A stretch of DNA of 64,000 bases from Massalongia carnosa (Eukaryota), in contig OZ287078.1 in assembly GCA_965645245.1 (NCBI GenBank), positions 248,001 through 312,000 on the forward strand, read 5' to 3'. The notes under the pieces were generated by a model that was not told the origin of the DNA, did not search any database, and saw only the letters and a list, made by a program, of their open reading frames with translations. This document shows positions 33,928-46,000 of the stretch, piece by piece (the first letter of the stretch is position 1; every line of letters starts with the position of its first letter). The translations under genes and the position numbers were made by a program.

Positions 33928-36093
33928 CCCTCTCGCTGTCATTCTAGCACCCCCCTCCCAAGCTAATCTATATTGGACTAGCTTCCGCACCGATGAGTCA
34001 TCAGAACATTAGTTTTCTCTAGAGTGTTTGCGCGTTTGTTTACTTTTCAAAGAATACTATTCGGTCATTCAATCAAAATAAATCACATAAATTACTATTC
34101 TTCTAGCTTCGGAATTGATATTATAAGTATGACGCTCAATGAAGAAGAAATCCCGAGTGTATCAGACAAATCTCCCATTTCAGCGAAGCAACATAAAATA
34201 AATCGCAAAAGAAGTGTTCGGGATATTTTAATCGACCTTCCCCCTATTTCCTCAAAATATACCCCCATTCGGGTTGAAAACAGGCCTTTTGTTCCGCTCG
34301 TTGAAAACGATTCTCGAAATCCTTTGGGATTATTTCGGTTATTTATAACAAGGCAGCATTGTCGTATCATCGCAAATCATACCAATATCAAGGCAAATAA
34401 CTACATGGAAAAGGAGAAGGAGAACAATCATCGGGTTTGGACTGACACTACTGACTCGGAAATTGAGGTTTTTTTGGGCATATTAATTCTTATGGGACTC
34501 GATCATCTACCTGCTACAGAGGATTATTGGAATCAACGTCCTGACAAACCAGTTATCATGCCTATTCTGTCCGCGATGTCGCTTGGTCGATTTCAACAAA
34601 TCAAACGATTTTTGAAAATCAATAATGGACAGACTGAGCCTATCGGACTTGGTCAAGGACCTGATTGGTGGAAGAAACTGGAACCGTTGGCTACTGATTT
34701 CCGAAAGACTTCATTGAAACATTGCAGACCAGGAAGTATGATATCTATAGATGAACAGCTGGTGTTATTCAAGGGCCGTTCTCGACATACCTTGCAGATT
34801 ACTACAAAAAGTGCCCATAAAGGATTTAAAATCTACAGTCTCTGTCAGGATAATTATCTGTTGTCATTTATGTTTGCCTCGAAGAGTAGCAGAATAAGTG
34901 AATTGAAAACAGTCAGACAATTGGGATTTTTGCCAAAAGATAAACTAACTCCTAGTGCTTTGCTAGTGATTCAGTTATGTAAAGAACTTCCATCCTCACT
35001 GAATTATCATCTTTTCTGTGATAATTTCTTTACTAGTACGAAATTATTCAAGGCACTTCGATCAATCGGAATAGCTGCCAGTGGAACTGCTAAAAAGGGC
35101 TCGGGCTTTCCAGAAGAATTGTTGGCCATACGGGACGTCACTTCAAAAGGAAAAGACTGGGGTCTTCAGGCCCATATGGTGGTCGACGATAAGGTGCTTT
35201 GTATGGGCTGGGTGGATAATAATGGTGTGCAGTACATGACCACCGGTCATTCTCCTCAGGACTTGTACGAAATGCACTATATAAATCCGCACAAGAGATA
35301 TGGAATTCCCGAGACCTCTCTTCAACCTATTGTATCGTATTTCCCATCAACTCTGGCTCACTCCATTCCCTTGCTCAATCAAGAGGTTCAACGGCCCTTA
35401 GGATTACCGATACCAGCCCCAATCAAAGAATATAATCTTCATATGGGGGGATCGGATGGAAACGCTCAGCAACGAGCGATTTACTCATACAATCGTCGAA
35501 CGGATCGTTACTGGTGGCCTTTGTTCATTTTTATTTTAGATGCAGCCGGATTGAATGCCTATAAACTTTACTCGCTGAACTCTTTCGATTCCGAGGAGAT
35601 AAAATTTACTCGTTCTGAATTTCTTCGTCGGATTGCTCTTGAACTGATATCAAATCAAGCGGGCATCAGGCCCGGCTCATCAAAGATAAGCATCAATACC
35701 ACGATTGATGCTTTAGTACCATCTCCCATTCATCATTACGTTCGTCTTGAAGGCAGAAAAAGAAGTGTGCAATGTAACGCCGAGAAAAAACGACCTTCAA
35801 AGCGGAAGGGAGAGCCACTGGCTGAAATAAGTGTCGATGGGCGTAAAAGAAGGCGAAGGGGTGCTCAGACTATATGGGCTTGTGGAGGATGTAATCCAAT
35901 CAGGCCCTGCTGTAAGAAAGCCAGCTGTTGGGAAGCTATTCATATGATAGGGGACGAGTAAATAGGTATCTGATACTCCGTACAACTTCTTGTGAATAGG
36001 AATAACATTGATTGGTCAAAAGTTTAAGGTTTAGCGCTTTCTAACCAACAATGGTTTAGCTTGGGGGGGGGTGCTAGAATGACAGCGAGAGGG
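33928..36093 (+). mobile_element. piggyBac-superfamily DNA transposon 2 (apparently intact)
   Basis: About 38-bp TIRs CCCTCTCGCTGTCATTCTAGCACCCCCC...AAGCTAA with one indel, flanked by AT. Confidence 0.94.
34129..35961 (+). CDS. piggyBac-type transposase, uninterrupted and intronless
   Basis: First ATG at 34129; DDD triad in SIDEQL, FCDNFFTS and YNLHMGGSD; basic NLS-like stretch and Cys-rich C-terminus. Confidence 0.92.
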   Translation: MTLNEEEIPSVSDKSPISAKQHKINRKRSVRDILIDLPPISSKYTPIRVENRPFVPLVENDSRNPLGLFRLFITRQHCRIIANHTNIKANNYMEKEKENNHRVWTDTTDSEIEVFLGILILMGLDHLPATEDYWNQRPDKPVIMPILSAMSLGRFQQIKRFLKINNGQTEPIGLGQGPDWWKKLEPLATDFRKTSLKHCRPGSMISIDEQLVLFKGRSRHTLQITTKSAHKGFKIYSLCQDNYLLSFMFASKSSRISELKTVRQLGFLPKDKLTPSALLVIQLCKELPSSLNYHLFCDNFFTSTKLFKALRSIGIAASGTAKKGSGFPEELLAIRDVTSKGKDWGLQAHMVVDDKVLCMGWVDNNGVQYMTTGHSPQDLYEMHYINPHKRYGIPETSLQPIVSYFPSTLAHSIPLLNQEVQRPLGLPIPAPIKEYNLHMGGSDGNAQQRAIYSYNRRTDRYWWPLFIFILDAAGLNAYKLYSLNSFDSEEIKFTRSEFLRRIALELISNQAGIRPGSSKISINTTIDALVPSPIHHYVRLEGRKRSVQCNAEKKRPSKRKGEPLAEISVDGRKRRRRGAQTIWACGGCNPIRPCCKKASCWEAIHMIGDE

Positions 36094-36529
36094 ATAGACG
36101 AGCTCAGCTCAGTTCAAATCAAACATCCTTTTTACACCCCAACAGTAGTATTCTTACCTTAATTGTACGATTCGTTGATGCCGTTGATCATTTACCTTAT
36201 AATTCTGATGAATGAGGTTAGTAGATTGAAGGATTTATGAGATCGGGTTTATGAGATAATAGTTTATCGGTCGATTTTGACCGATAAACCATTATTCCCG
36301 TGTTCCCGTATTATAAAAAAAAGGGGTAGAGTTAAACCTATATAGGTTTAGTCTGCTTACTAATATTTACGGGAAAACGGGAATAATGGTTTATAGACTC
36401 GAAAATTTCTACTCTGAAAACCCCTAATATATTTTTGTTTGATTTCGGGATTAATATATCGGATATTCTGTCACATTTCGATTATGATTATCTTATTTCC
36501 TGATTACCAGACATTTCTTCGAAGGAATC

Positions 36530-37152
36530 CGTTATGGCTATGGTATTATGGTATTATGACTATACTATAGTCATATAGATGACCGCGTATTAGTTGAACC
36601 GGCTTAAGCCGGGTATCTCCCTTTATGGGAAGTCTCAATTGAGACTAGCGTATTTTAAGCTTATATAGGCGAGCAGACTTGCTCATTTAAAACCCTGCAA
36701 AATCGTTTGATTTACGTTAATACAATACATACGGAGTGTAATAGGGTAGGCCTAGTATGCGTTCGTTGAACGTAAGACTGGCCTATGTGGCTATGTGGGA
36801 TACGTACAGCCAAAACAACCACCAAGACAATAAGGTCCCGCCTAACCAAGTTAGGCATAGTGTGGGGACTTAACTTATTATGGAGGTGTTTTCGTAGTAC
36901 ACGAAGTATCCCCTCGCCTCGCCTCACCTCCCCTAGCTCGCCTGCCTAGTCTTATCTACCCGTGTCTTTCGGTGACCGAAGTATTTCGGAGACCGAAAAT
37001 ACCAGGTAGTATGGGCAGGGTACGGAAGAAGAGCTTAGGTTGTGGATTGTCCTATCCTATATAGATCAATGATCAAGCACTTCAAAAGGGTAGCATTTAG
37101 ACTACCCTTTGACCCGACCCAACCTATTTGTACCTCTATTGTGACCATCACG
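36530..37152. repeat. Degenerate TpA-rich repeat, possibly an LTR relic
   Basis: Non-coding with many TAG/CTA/TATA words; weak terminal inverted match CGTTATGG...CCATCACG; no TSD. Confidence 0.3.
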
Positions 37153-37223
37153 TTGTGTAGCCCCTGTGGATCCTATCTTCCAGTAGTGAATGCCTGCTGG
37201 GAGAAGGTCTCCCCGTTTCACAT

Positions 37224-37814
37224 TTGATTTTGATAGCAAAAACAGGCTTCGGAAAAAGCATACTATTTCAAGCTGCTCCTTTGATATTTTCGCCTTGCAA
37301 GTCAGTGTTGATAATCATGCCTTTGATTGCACTGAAAGAAGAGCAATGTGAAAAAACTTACTCTCATCGACAACTGTCGACCTATAGTGTTGAAACGGAG
37401 ATAATAACAACTCGTCTACCTTGACTGCTATTCGTCATAGTCTTTACAATCATGATAAGTCGAATAAATCTGTTTGTATACAAGTCAGCGCTCTAATTGT
37501 TACTTACAGTATTCACGAGTCCAGAAATAGCAAAGTCGAAATTGTTTAACGAAATGGTTCTCAGTCATTCATCTTATTTCTCAAAATTTTGTCTGTTGGC
37601 TATCGACGGGCTGCATCTGATATCGGAATGGCGTGATTTTCGACCTGAATACTTCAATCTTAGGGTGCTTCAAACCCGATTGCCAGATGGAATACCCTTT
37701 TTGAGAGTTTCTGCAACGTTGAATGAAGAAACCTTTAACTGCGTTAGAAGTCAATGTGGGTTTCATGATGAAACTCGACTTATCAAAACACCTCTTGATC
37801 GACTAGAGATTTAA
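37224..37814 (+). pseudogene. RecQ-like SF2 helicase fragment (AcademH)
   Basis: AKTGFGKS Walker A, IIMPLIAL, TSPE, AIDGLH (degenerate DExH), WRDFRPEY and SATL; frameshifted and truncated. Confidence 0.8.
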
Positions 37815-37820
37815 TTCAAG

Positions 37821-38720
37821 TCAGCTCTTTGTTGAAATCACAAGCTGGAATGCTTGATCTTCAACAGTTGTGCTTTCGTCTTTCATAACCGACTTCAACG
37901 GATGATACTTCGTTCGAAGGCGATTTAGTCTTTTCAACACAGGCATGGATGTAACCCGAGGAAACTTGAAGTCGCTGAATTTAGCATTGTAAAGGGCTTG
38001 GATTGCCAACTCAACATGATGAATTTGAATCTTCGTCCACATTTCATCAGTTTAAAGTAAGCCGCTTGGAAAAGTAGTCGATGCTTACCTGTGCGTCTAT
38101 GTCATCTGGTTTCAATCTAAGTGCGAGTCCTATGGCGGACAAAGGATAATTTTCAGGTTGCCACATATTCTGTCTCAAGACCGTTACCCCAAGGCCCTGT
38201 CCTTTAAATATCAAAGCGGTCGTAATTGATCGAAACTCTCTTACGTCACCGATTCTCTCGCCTCTTCGGCCTTCTGCAAAAACAAAATTATCATAGGTTA
38301 CAACAGTAGTTGAAGCCCGCCCTATAGTCCTTATTTTTCGCCTCGCTTCGTCACTTAAGCTTGACATGCGCCGTTGAAGAGTGGAATACGACATTGTCAA
38401 GCCAAGGTGACATAAAGTATCCAGAACTCTGCGCCTGGCGCCACCCTGATAGATACAAAGGCCCATGACGCTCTGAAAATTTGTTGACGTATTCGGGCGC
38501 AACATGTGACAAAGAGGGACAATATAGTTGACTACCGCCCGACCGGAATAGCGCGCTGAGGATGAGTGGACTCGTCTCGGTGGGCATTACAACAAACGCG
38601 CTGAATAGGATCTAGCCATCGTGGCGCCTTACCCATGATGACCGATGCGGCACCCTTGAAGCTATTTAAGGTGCCCAGCTCGTCAGTCTCCGACGTGGGT
38701 GGAAAACCCCAAATGCGGCC
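37821..38720 (-). pseudogene. Academ-type transposase fragment (AcademH)
   Basis: NFQSVMGLCIY.GG.RRRVLDTLCHLGLTMSYST...VVTYDNF pattern, convergent with the RecQ-like helicase; stops, frameshifts and truncation. Confidence 0.72.
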
Positions 38721-40085
38721 GTTGCAACCAGTGTATTGAGCTCCGCTCGAAGGGCCTCCGCGACCCAGGTCCAACCCTTTTTCATGAAGGATGATTGCCG
38801 CTCGATCCTAGCTTTGCCGTACATAGTGTAGCTATAGAGATGACAAGTTAATTATGGATCAATGACCGCTTGCAGCTGTCATTCTCTTACTATTTTCGTG
38901 ACTCAACTAGATGTCTATTGTAGACTGAGATCCGGGCCTTTTTCTAACTTGCATCGAGGTTTAAAAGCGCGCTCATTGTTCCTTGATGCCGTTCTACAGC
39001 GCGCATAGTCTTTCGTGTAGTCACATAATCGAGTTGATATTTTACGCTTAATCGGGTAAGGCGGCTTGGTATTCTAATATTTTCTCATTTATAAGGCAAA
39101 CCTGCCTGTATTATTGAGTTTTGCCCTCAGACGTGCTTGCACAGCGAACTTAGTAAGCAAAGTCTAACTATAAAAAGTTAGACTTGTAGGCTAAATAAGT
39201 TAGCGCCGAGTTAACCGGAAAAGGTTAATAAAGGCGAAGGCTGAGCCACAGCACATCTGAGGTACTGAGGCAAACCTCCACACTCTCTATATACCTTTCG
39301 GAGTGGAGTACGGAGTACTCTGGACAGAATGTAATGTTGAACCTGCGGTGACCGAGCGTCCACGGAACTACGTAAAAGATAGTTAGATACGAATGGGGAC
39401 GGGCACTTGACACGTGCATTCGTTTTGATGATGTCATGTCTCTCGATACACGGTGTGTATTCACCAGTACTCTGTATCATGGACTCTGTATCCGTACAGA
39501 GTACTCCGTAACCGTCAGAACTCCAATGATACGGCATGCCGCACTTGTGGAACCAACGAGCGCTCGTTTCTTTCCCCTGCATCATACATACCTTTGTACA
39601 TCTACATCCTGCCGCATCCTCATTTCGATCCTCGAACGGTTCAATATGTATCCAGAGTGGTTACGACCCCTACGAACCCGCCCATCTTGCCAACCTTAAA
39701 ATTGAAATGATGACGAACGTGCTCTGGTCCTCGGGCTCGGTCTGCATTCACCACCAATCATCTCAGGGATCGCTCGTGATTCCGATGTCCACATCTCGCA
39801 TCCTCGAAATCCCATCTAGAGGATGCAGCAGGCCGGCCGAACTCGGCGGTCGCTAGAGACTGGGGATCGCACAAGACCTCCCGATGAGCTCCAAGTGCGC
39901 TGGGATGGGCAAGTGGCATGCAGAATGGGCGCCAGGGTAACGGGGAATGTCAAGACGGTGCGCCGGGAGCAAAGCGGTTCCCACCGTTCAGTGCTTTATA
40001 CAGCACCCCATAGCCATTTTCCCCGAGCATCGCGGACTGTACGCTCGCTACGTGCGTAAAGCCGTTCCGAAGAATCTACCTGGGA

Positions 40086-43000
40086 ATGCCTCCACGCGCC
40101 CACATCCAGAGTGACCCGGATGAACCGATCTCATCGGGAGGCATCATCAACCTCATCCCGGACCCGCACGTGCTTGGAGGCGTAAATGCAGAACTCGGCG
40201 CAGACGATTGGGGTCCCAACGACGCGCGAAAGAGGAGGTGGGAGCGTGATCATGGGGATTTGACATCACGAGAAGCAACAAGCTCGCACCCGCCGTCCGT
40301 CCAAGCGGTGATGGATCGGGAATTCAATGTCCCCTTGACATGGCAATCAGGAGAAACTGCCGCTTCCTTGATCTGGGCAGCGTGGTCGGTGCTGGCGTCA
40401 CGCTGGACCGGGAGCAAGAATGTGGAGTTTGGTGCGACGAGCGTGGAGAAGTGGTCGGGAGAAGCGGAATGCTTAGAGCAAGCAGAATCCTCGATATGGC
40501 CAGTTCACATTCACGTGGATGGAGGCCAGGATACAAAAACGTTCATGGAAAGTATTCGGGAAAAGGCGGCGAAGAGTCTAACGTCAAAACTGACGCGACA
40601 GAATGCCCAGCGGAGCAGACGCGATGCCAAAGCAGCATGCAGTGTTCAAACGATCCTGATAGTCAGCGAAGAAGAATCTTCCACCGCAGGCTTCAATTCG
40701 AAGCTCGGCGCATATGCCTTGGTTCTGAGTTTCTGGCCACAAGGCTCGAAGATCAAAGTTCAAGCCAAAATTCGATCCGATGGTACTTGGCTCGACGCAG
40801 GCACGGTACATGATGGCGCAGCTTGAACGAGTCTTGCAGCAACTGGGCACAGAGAGTATTCGTCCCCCGAGAGTGGAAGATATCCAATGTGTGAGCCGAG
40901 AAGACTTGCAGCAGATCTGGAGCTGGAACGCCAGTGTTCCCGAGCCAGAGGAGAAGTGCGTGCACGATCTAATCTCGATTCAAGCGAGGCACAATCCTCA
41001 CGCAACCGCAGTTTCTGCGTGGGATGGAGAATTGAAATACGGCGAATTAGACTTGATTTCCTCGCGTTTAGCGATGCATCTGACGCAACTCGGAATAGGG
41101 CCCAACTGTCTTGTGCCGCTCTGTTTCGAGAAATCAATGTGGACCCCGGTGGCAATGGTTGCGGTCATGAAGACGGAGGCTGGTTTCATTCTGATGGATG
41201 CAGACCAGCCAGAAGCGCGACTCCAGGAGATTGTGAAGCAGGCGGGAGCAACATTGATCGTCTCATCCGCTGCGAATGTCGATGTCGTCGATCGGCTGAC
41301 ATTTCAGTCAGTGGTGCTTGATTGGCCGAATGTGGAAAAGTTTAACTCTCGATCACTGGTCAAGCAACAAACGTCACCATCATCGACGCTCTACGTTGCT
41401 TTCACGTCAGGCAGCACAGGCACACCCAAAGGAGTTGTCACCACACATACCAACTTCGCGTCCGCTGTACATCAGCCGGCAGCACTTAATATTAACGCCA
41501 CTGCAAGGGTTTTTGATTTCGCATCGTACAATTTTGATGTCGCGATAAACAACATACTGATGACCCTCGCCATGGGCGGTTGTGTCTGCGTTCCGAGCAA
41601 CGCGGAACGTCAAAACAACCTCGAAGGGGCGATAAATCGAACACAAGCAAGTGTGATGGAACTTACACCCTCTGTGGCTCGCTTGATAAACCCTACGGCC
41701 GTCCCTAGCATCACTTTGTTGAATCTTGGAGGCGAGCAGCCTAGTTCGTCTGATATCATTCCATGGCTTCCTTATGTAGAGGTGATCAATACATACGGAC
41801 CAGCCGAGTGCACAGTCACGACGGTTGCCAACACTCGGATTTCCAAGATGAAAGATGCCGGAGCACGAGCATAGGGTATGGTCTTGGTGCTGTGACTTGG
41901 ATTGTCGACATCTCTGACCACAACGGTCTTGCTCATCTTGGAGCCGTTGAAGAGCTTGTCATCGAAGGGCCTCTTGTCGGTAGGGGGTATCTAGGTGACC
42001 CCGAGAAGACGGCGGACGCATTTTTCCAGGACCCTCCGTGGCTTCCGCTGGAGCGACATGGATGCCTTCTTTACAAAACCGGGGACCTGGTGCGCTATCG
42101 GCCCAACGGATCGATCGACTATGTGGGGCGAAAAGACACGCAAGTAAAAGTGCGCGGACAACGAATTGAGTTGGGCGAAGTAGAGCACTACCTTCTTCAT
42201 TGCCTACCCCAAGGAGTGGAAATCGTGGCAAAGGTTATCGAGCCCAATGAAAGAGCCGCCATGCTTGTAGCGTTTCTTTGCTTGCCTGCCGATGAGGTAA
42301 AGAAGCACGTGGGAAGACTCGCCACACAACTAGACGCGCTCATACCTGGATACATGATCCCATCGGCTTATGTAGCAATCGAAAAGATGCCAATCACTCT
42401 TTCCGGGAAGACGGATCGCAAACTGCTGAAAAAAGCGGGTGCTTCGCTGTCGCCTGAGCAGATGATTGTGGACTCGAGCGGATTGGGCGCTGAAGAACGA
42501 GACGAAAAACCAACAACTCCCGTGCAATCTAAGCTTCAAGGTCTTTGGGCGCAGGTTCTCAACATAGGGATCGCTTCTATCAGCTTGAATTGCAGTTTTT
42601 TTGTGCTAGGCGGGGATTCAATCTTGGCCATGAAACTAGTTGCAGCGGCACGAGAAGAGGGACTACTCCTAACGGTGGCAGATATCTTTCAGAAGCCACG
42701 GCTAGGCGATTTGGCTCGAGCGGGCATAGCGGTAAAAGGTGTGGTTGAATTAGAGGCTATCCCACCCTTCTCGCTGCTTCCGCCTCATACCGAGGACGCT
42801 GTGCGCCAAGCTGCAGCCGCGTGCTGCCAAGTTGATGAAAAGTCCATTGAGGATATCTATCCATGCACAAGTCTGCAAGAGGGTCTTATAGCACTGACTG
42901 CCAGACAAAATGGTGCTTATGTTGGCCGTAACGTGCTCAAGTTACCGGAGACGACGGATCTAAAGCGCTTTCAAACTGCATGGGAAACCGTGGTGGCCAA

Positions 43001-46000
43001 CAACTCCATATTGCGCACACGCATTGTTCATACAAGTTCAGGCTCGGTGCAAGTAGTCCTCAAAAGGGCAGAAGGCATCCAATGGCTGTACGCAACCAAT
43101 GTTTCCGAGTATCTAGAGTGTGATAGAAGCATGCACATGACACCAGGAAGCAGTTTGGCTCGATGGGCAATCATTTCTCCGACAAATGGCGTGCCGTCCT
43201 TCATCTGGACGGTTCACCACGCTCTTTACGACGGCTGGACCTTTCCCATGATCGCCGACCAATTCCACCAAGCATACTACGAACAGCCACTTCAGCGGGA
43301 GGTAGGATACAACATCTTCATCAAATATCTGTCCATGCAGGATCATGATGAAGGCCGTGTCTTTTGGCAAGCGCAGCTCGCCGGAGCGAGAAACAGTTCC
43401 GTATTTCCGATCCTGCCCACAAAGTTTCATGAACCATTACCGAAAGCGTCCGCAGAATGTCAAATAGCAATCCCATCCAATAGTCAATTAGGAATCACGC
43501 TCTCATGCATTATTAGGGCAGCCTGGTCGGTCTTAGTGGCAAGGCTCATTAATGCCGATGACATTGTGTTCGGTGCTACGCTTGTAGGCCGCAACGCGCC
43601 TATACTAGGCGTAGAACGAGTAACAGGCCCAACGATAACGACGGTGCCGGTCCGTGTGAAAATAGATCCAGAACAAAACTCAATCGACTTTCTTGCTAAT
43701 ATGCAGAAACAGGCCGCGAATATGATGTCTTATGAACATGTGGGCTTGCAAAACATTAGTCGACTTGGCGAAGACCCCAAAGCCGCTTGTGGGTTTCAAA
43801 CCTTGTTGGTGATTCAACCGCGGGATGAAGCAATGACGGAAGAAGACGTGGGTCAAATGGAAGTCATGGAAAGGTTGTTCGATAGTCTAGATGCCTTGGA
43901 TATGGGTGGGAAACTGGACAGTTTCAACTCCTACCCTTTAATGCTAGTGTTCAATCAAAAGAAGAATTGTGTGTGCGTTCAAGTTAGCTTCGACGAGACG
44001 GTGATTCCGTCAGCTTCGGTGTACCGTTTGCTTGGTCAGATCCAGCGAATCATGCAACAGCTGTGCGTAGCAGCAGAGGACCTTCCACGAAAAGTTGGTG
44101 ATATCGATTGCATGAGCGAACGGGACTTGCAGGACATCTGGCATTGGAATGCAACAGTCCCAAAGTCGGCTCGAAGATGCATACACGACCTCATATCAGA
44201 ACGTGCTCTGCAGCAGCCATCGGCAAAGGCCGTTTGCGCACATGACGGCGATGTCACATATCAAGAATTAGAGGACTTGTCCACCAAATTGGGCCAGCAT
44301 CTTGTTAAGCTTGGTGTAGGGCGGCAAGATTTAGTGGCCCTATGTTTTGAAAAGTCGATTTGGACGACTATCTCGATGCTAGGCGTATTGAAGGCCGGAG
44401 GCGCATTTGTAGCGATGGATATGACTCAACCCGAACAGCGTCTGAGGGCAATAGTGCTGCAAGCCGAGGCAAAATTGGTTCTAACCTCAGCGGAGAAAGT
44501 AGAGCTCTCAGGAAGATTGGGAGCGCCGACCATAATGGTAGACGCTGCGAACATCGCGAAGCTCGACGGTCCCAGGGTGAGTGGCAAAGTAACTCCGACC
44601 AACGTGACCATTTCTAGCAGTTCAGCAAGTCTCCTGGAGCCGTCATCAACCGCTTTTGTGGTTTTCACTTCCGGCACCACTGGGATTCCAAAAGAAGTTA
44701 TTATCAGTCATGAAAACTTCTGCTCGGCATCAGAATACCATGTAAAGGACCTCGGATTTCATTCGGAATATAGGGTTTTCGACTTTGCTTCCTATAGCTT
44801 CGACGTTGCCATAGACAACGCCCTCACAACCTTGATCAACGGTGGTTGTCTCTGTGTCCCACACGACAAAGAGAGGAAAGATGGAATTGAGGATACCATG
44901 GAGCGGATGAAGGTTAACGTAGTCAATCTAACCCCCTCCGTTGCGAAACTTCTCGATCCCTTGGCAGTTCCGTCGTTGAAAGTCTTAATCCTGGCTGGAG
45001 AGGCAGCAGATGCAGAGGTGGCAGCACGCTGGTCTTCGAGGGTTCATTTGATCAATGCTTACGGTCCTGCGGAATGTCAAACCTGTACTGTGGGCACACG
45101 AATCACTAAGCCCGAGGACACCGCTAGCATTGGGCGAGGATCTGGATCCGTGACCTGGATCGTTGATCCCATAAACTATAACCGCCTTCTTCCCGTTGGC
45201 GCTGTGGGCGAGCTATTGGTTGAAGGTCCCATAGTAAGTGAAGGGTACTTGAAAGATGCAGAACGAACAGAAGCTGCGTTCCTTCATAATCCTATTTGGC
45301 TGGTAGAGGGCTTCAAGAACCAGCTGGGGCGTCGCGGACGTCTCTATAAGACTGGTGATTTGGTTCGTTACGGCTCCGACGGAACTGGAGTGATAGAATA
45401 CCTTGGTCGAAAGGACAGGCAAGTAAAGATGCGCGGTCAGCGAGTGGAGCTTGGAGAGATAGAATATCAAGCGAAACACGCTCTTTCCAAGAGTGTTACG
45501 GAGGTTGCTGCAGAGGTCATTGAACTCAATGGAGCTCAGATATTGCTGGGATTCGTATGTCTTCCAGATCGGCAAACGCTTAGCAGAGGGGTCCAGACAG
45601 CTTGCCATGAGGCGAACGACAAAGACAACCCTGTTTCTAGGCTGAATTTGATATTGGCTGGAATAGAGGAGAAATTGAGCCGTGTGTTACCTGCCTACAT
45701 GATCCCTACTGCGTTTGTTCTGGTTGACAAAATGCCAATCACAGTGACTGGAAAAACAGATCGCAAGCTACTCAGAGAAATGGCTTTATCACTTCGTGAT
45801 CAGTGGATTTCTTCGAGATCATCAGAATTTAGAGAAAATCGAGAACTCTCTACTAGTATGGAGTTTACTCTACGAGGGCTCTGGGCTCAAGTACTGGGTG
45901 TAGACGCTGTGTCTATTGGAGCAGACGAAGATTTCTTCCGGCGTGGGGGAGACTCGATCACAGCAATGAAACTGGCTGCAGCAGCACGAAGCCTAGGGTT

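Larger units (their letters stand above)
22475..36144 (+). mobile_element. Ty3/Gypsy chromodomain retrotransposon 2 (defective), hosting Copia-2 and piggyBac-2
   Basis: LTRs TGTTG...CAACA, TSD GTAGT, tRNA-type PBS TGGTAGCA at 22663, PPT AAAGGGGGG near 33780. Confidence 0.93.
33791..36144 (+). repeat. Gypsy-2 3' LTR interrupted by piggyBac-2
   Basis: 33791-33927 and 36094-36144 rejoin to the 5' LTR sequence with one extra AT. Confidence 0.92.
14339..36424. mobile_element. PIF/Harbinger DNA transposon (about 2.8 kb native) carrying nested Gypsy-1, Gypsy-2, Copia-2 and piggyBac-2
   Basis: TIRs GGG(T/G)TTTTCAGAGTAGAA at both ends; right flank TAA, left TSD imperfect; subterminal ATAAACCATTATT(CCCG) repeats; convergent transposase and Myb-like ORFs. 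Confidence 0.85.

Noticed and set aside
33928..36093. Assignment to ISL2EU because of the AT TSD
   Set aside because: The transposase motifs (IDEQL, DNFFTS, YN..MGG.D, Cys-rich tail) and CCC/GGG ends are piggyBac-type.
38800..40080. Short ORFs upstream of the NRPS, and the many short antisense ORFs across the window
   Set aside because: No recognisable motifs; most are shadows of longer coding regions or chance ORFs.
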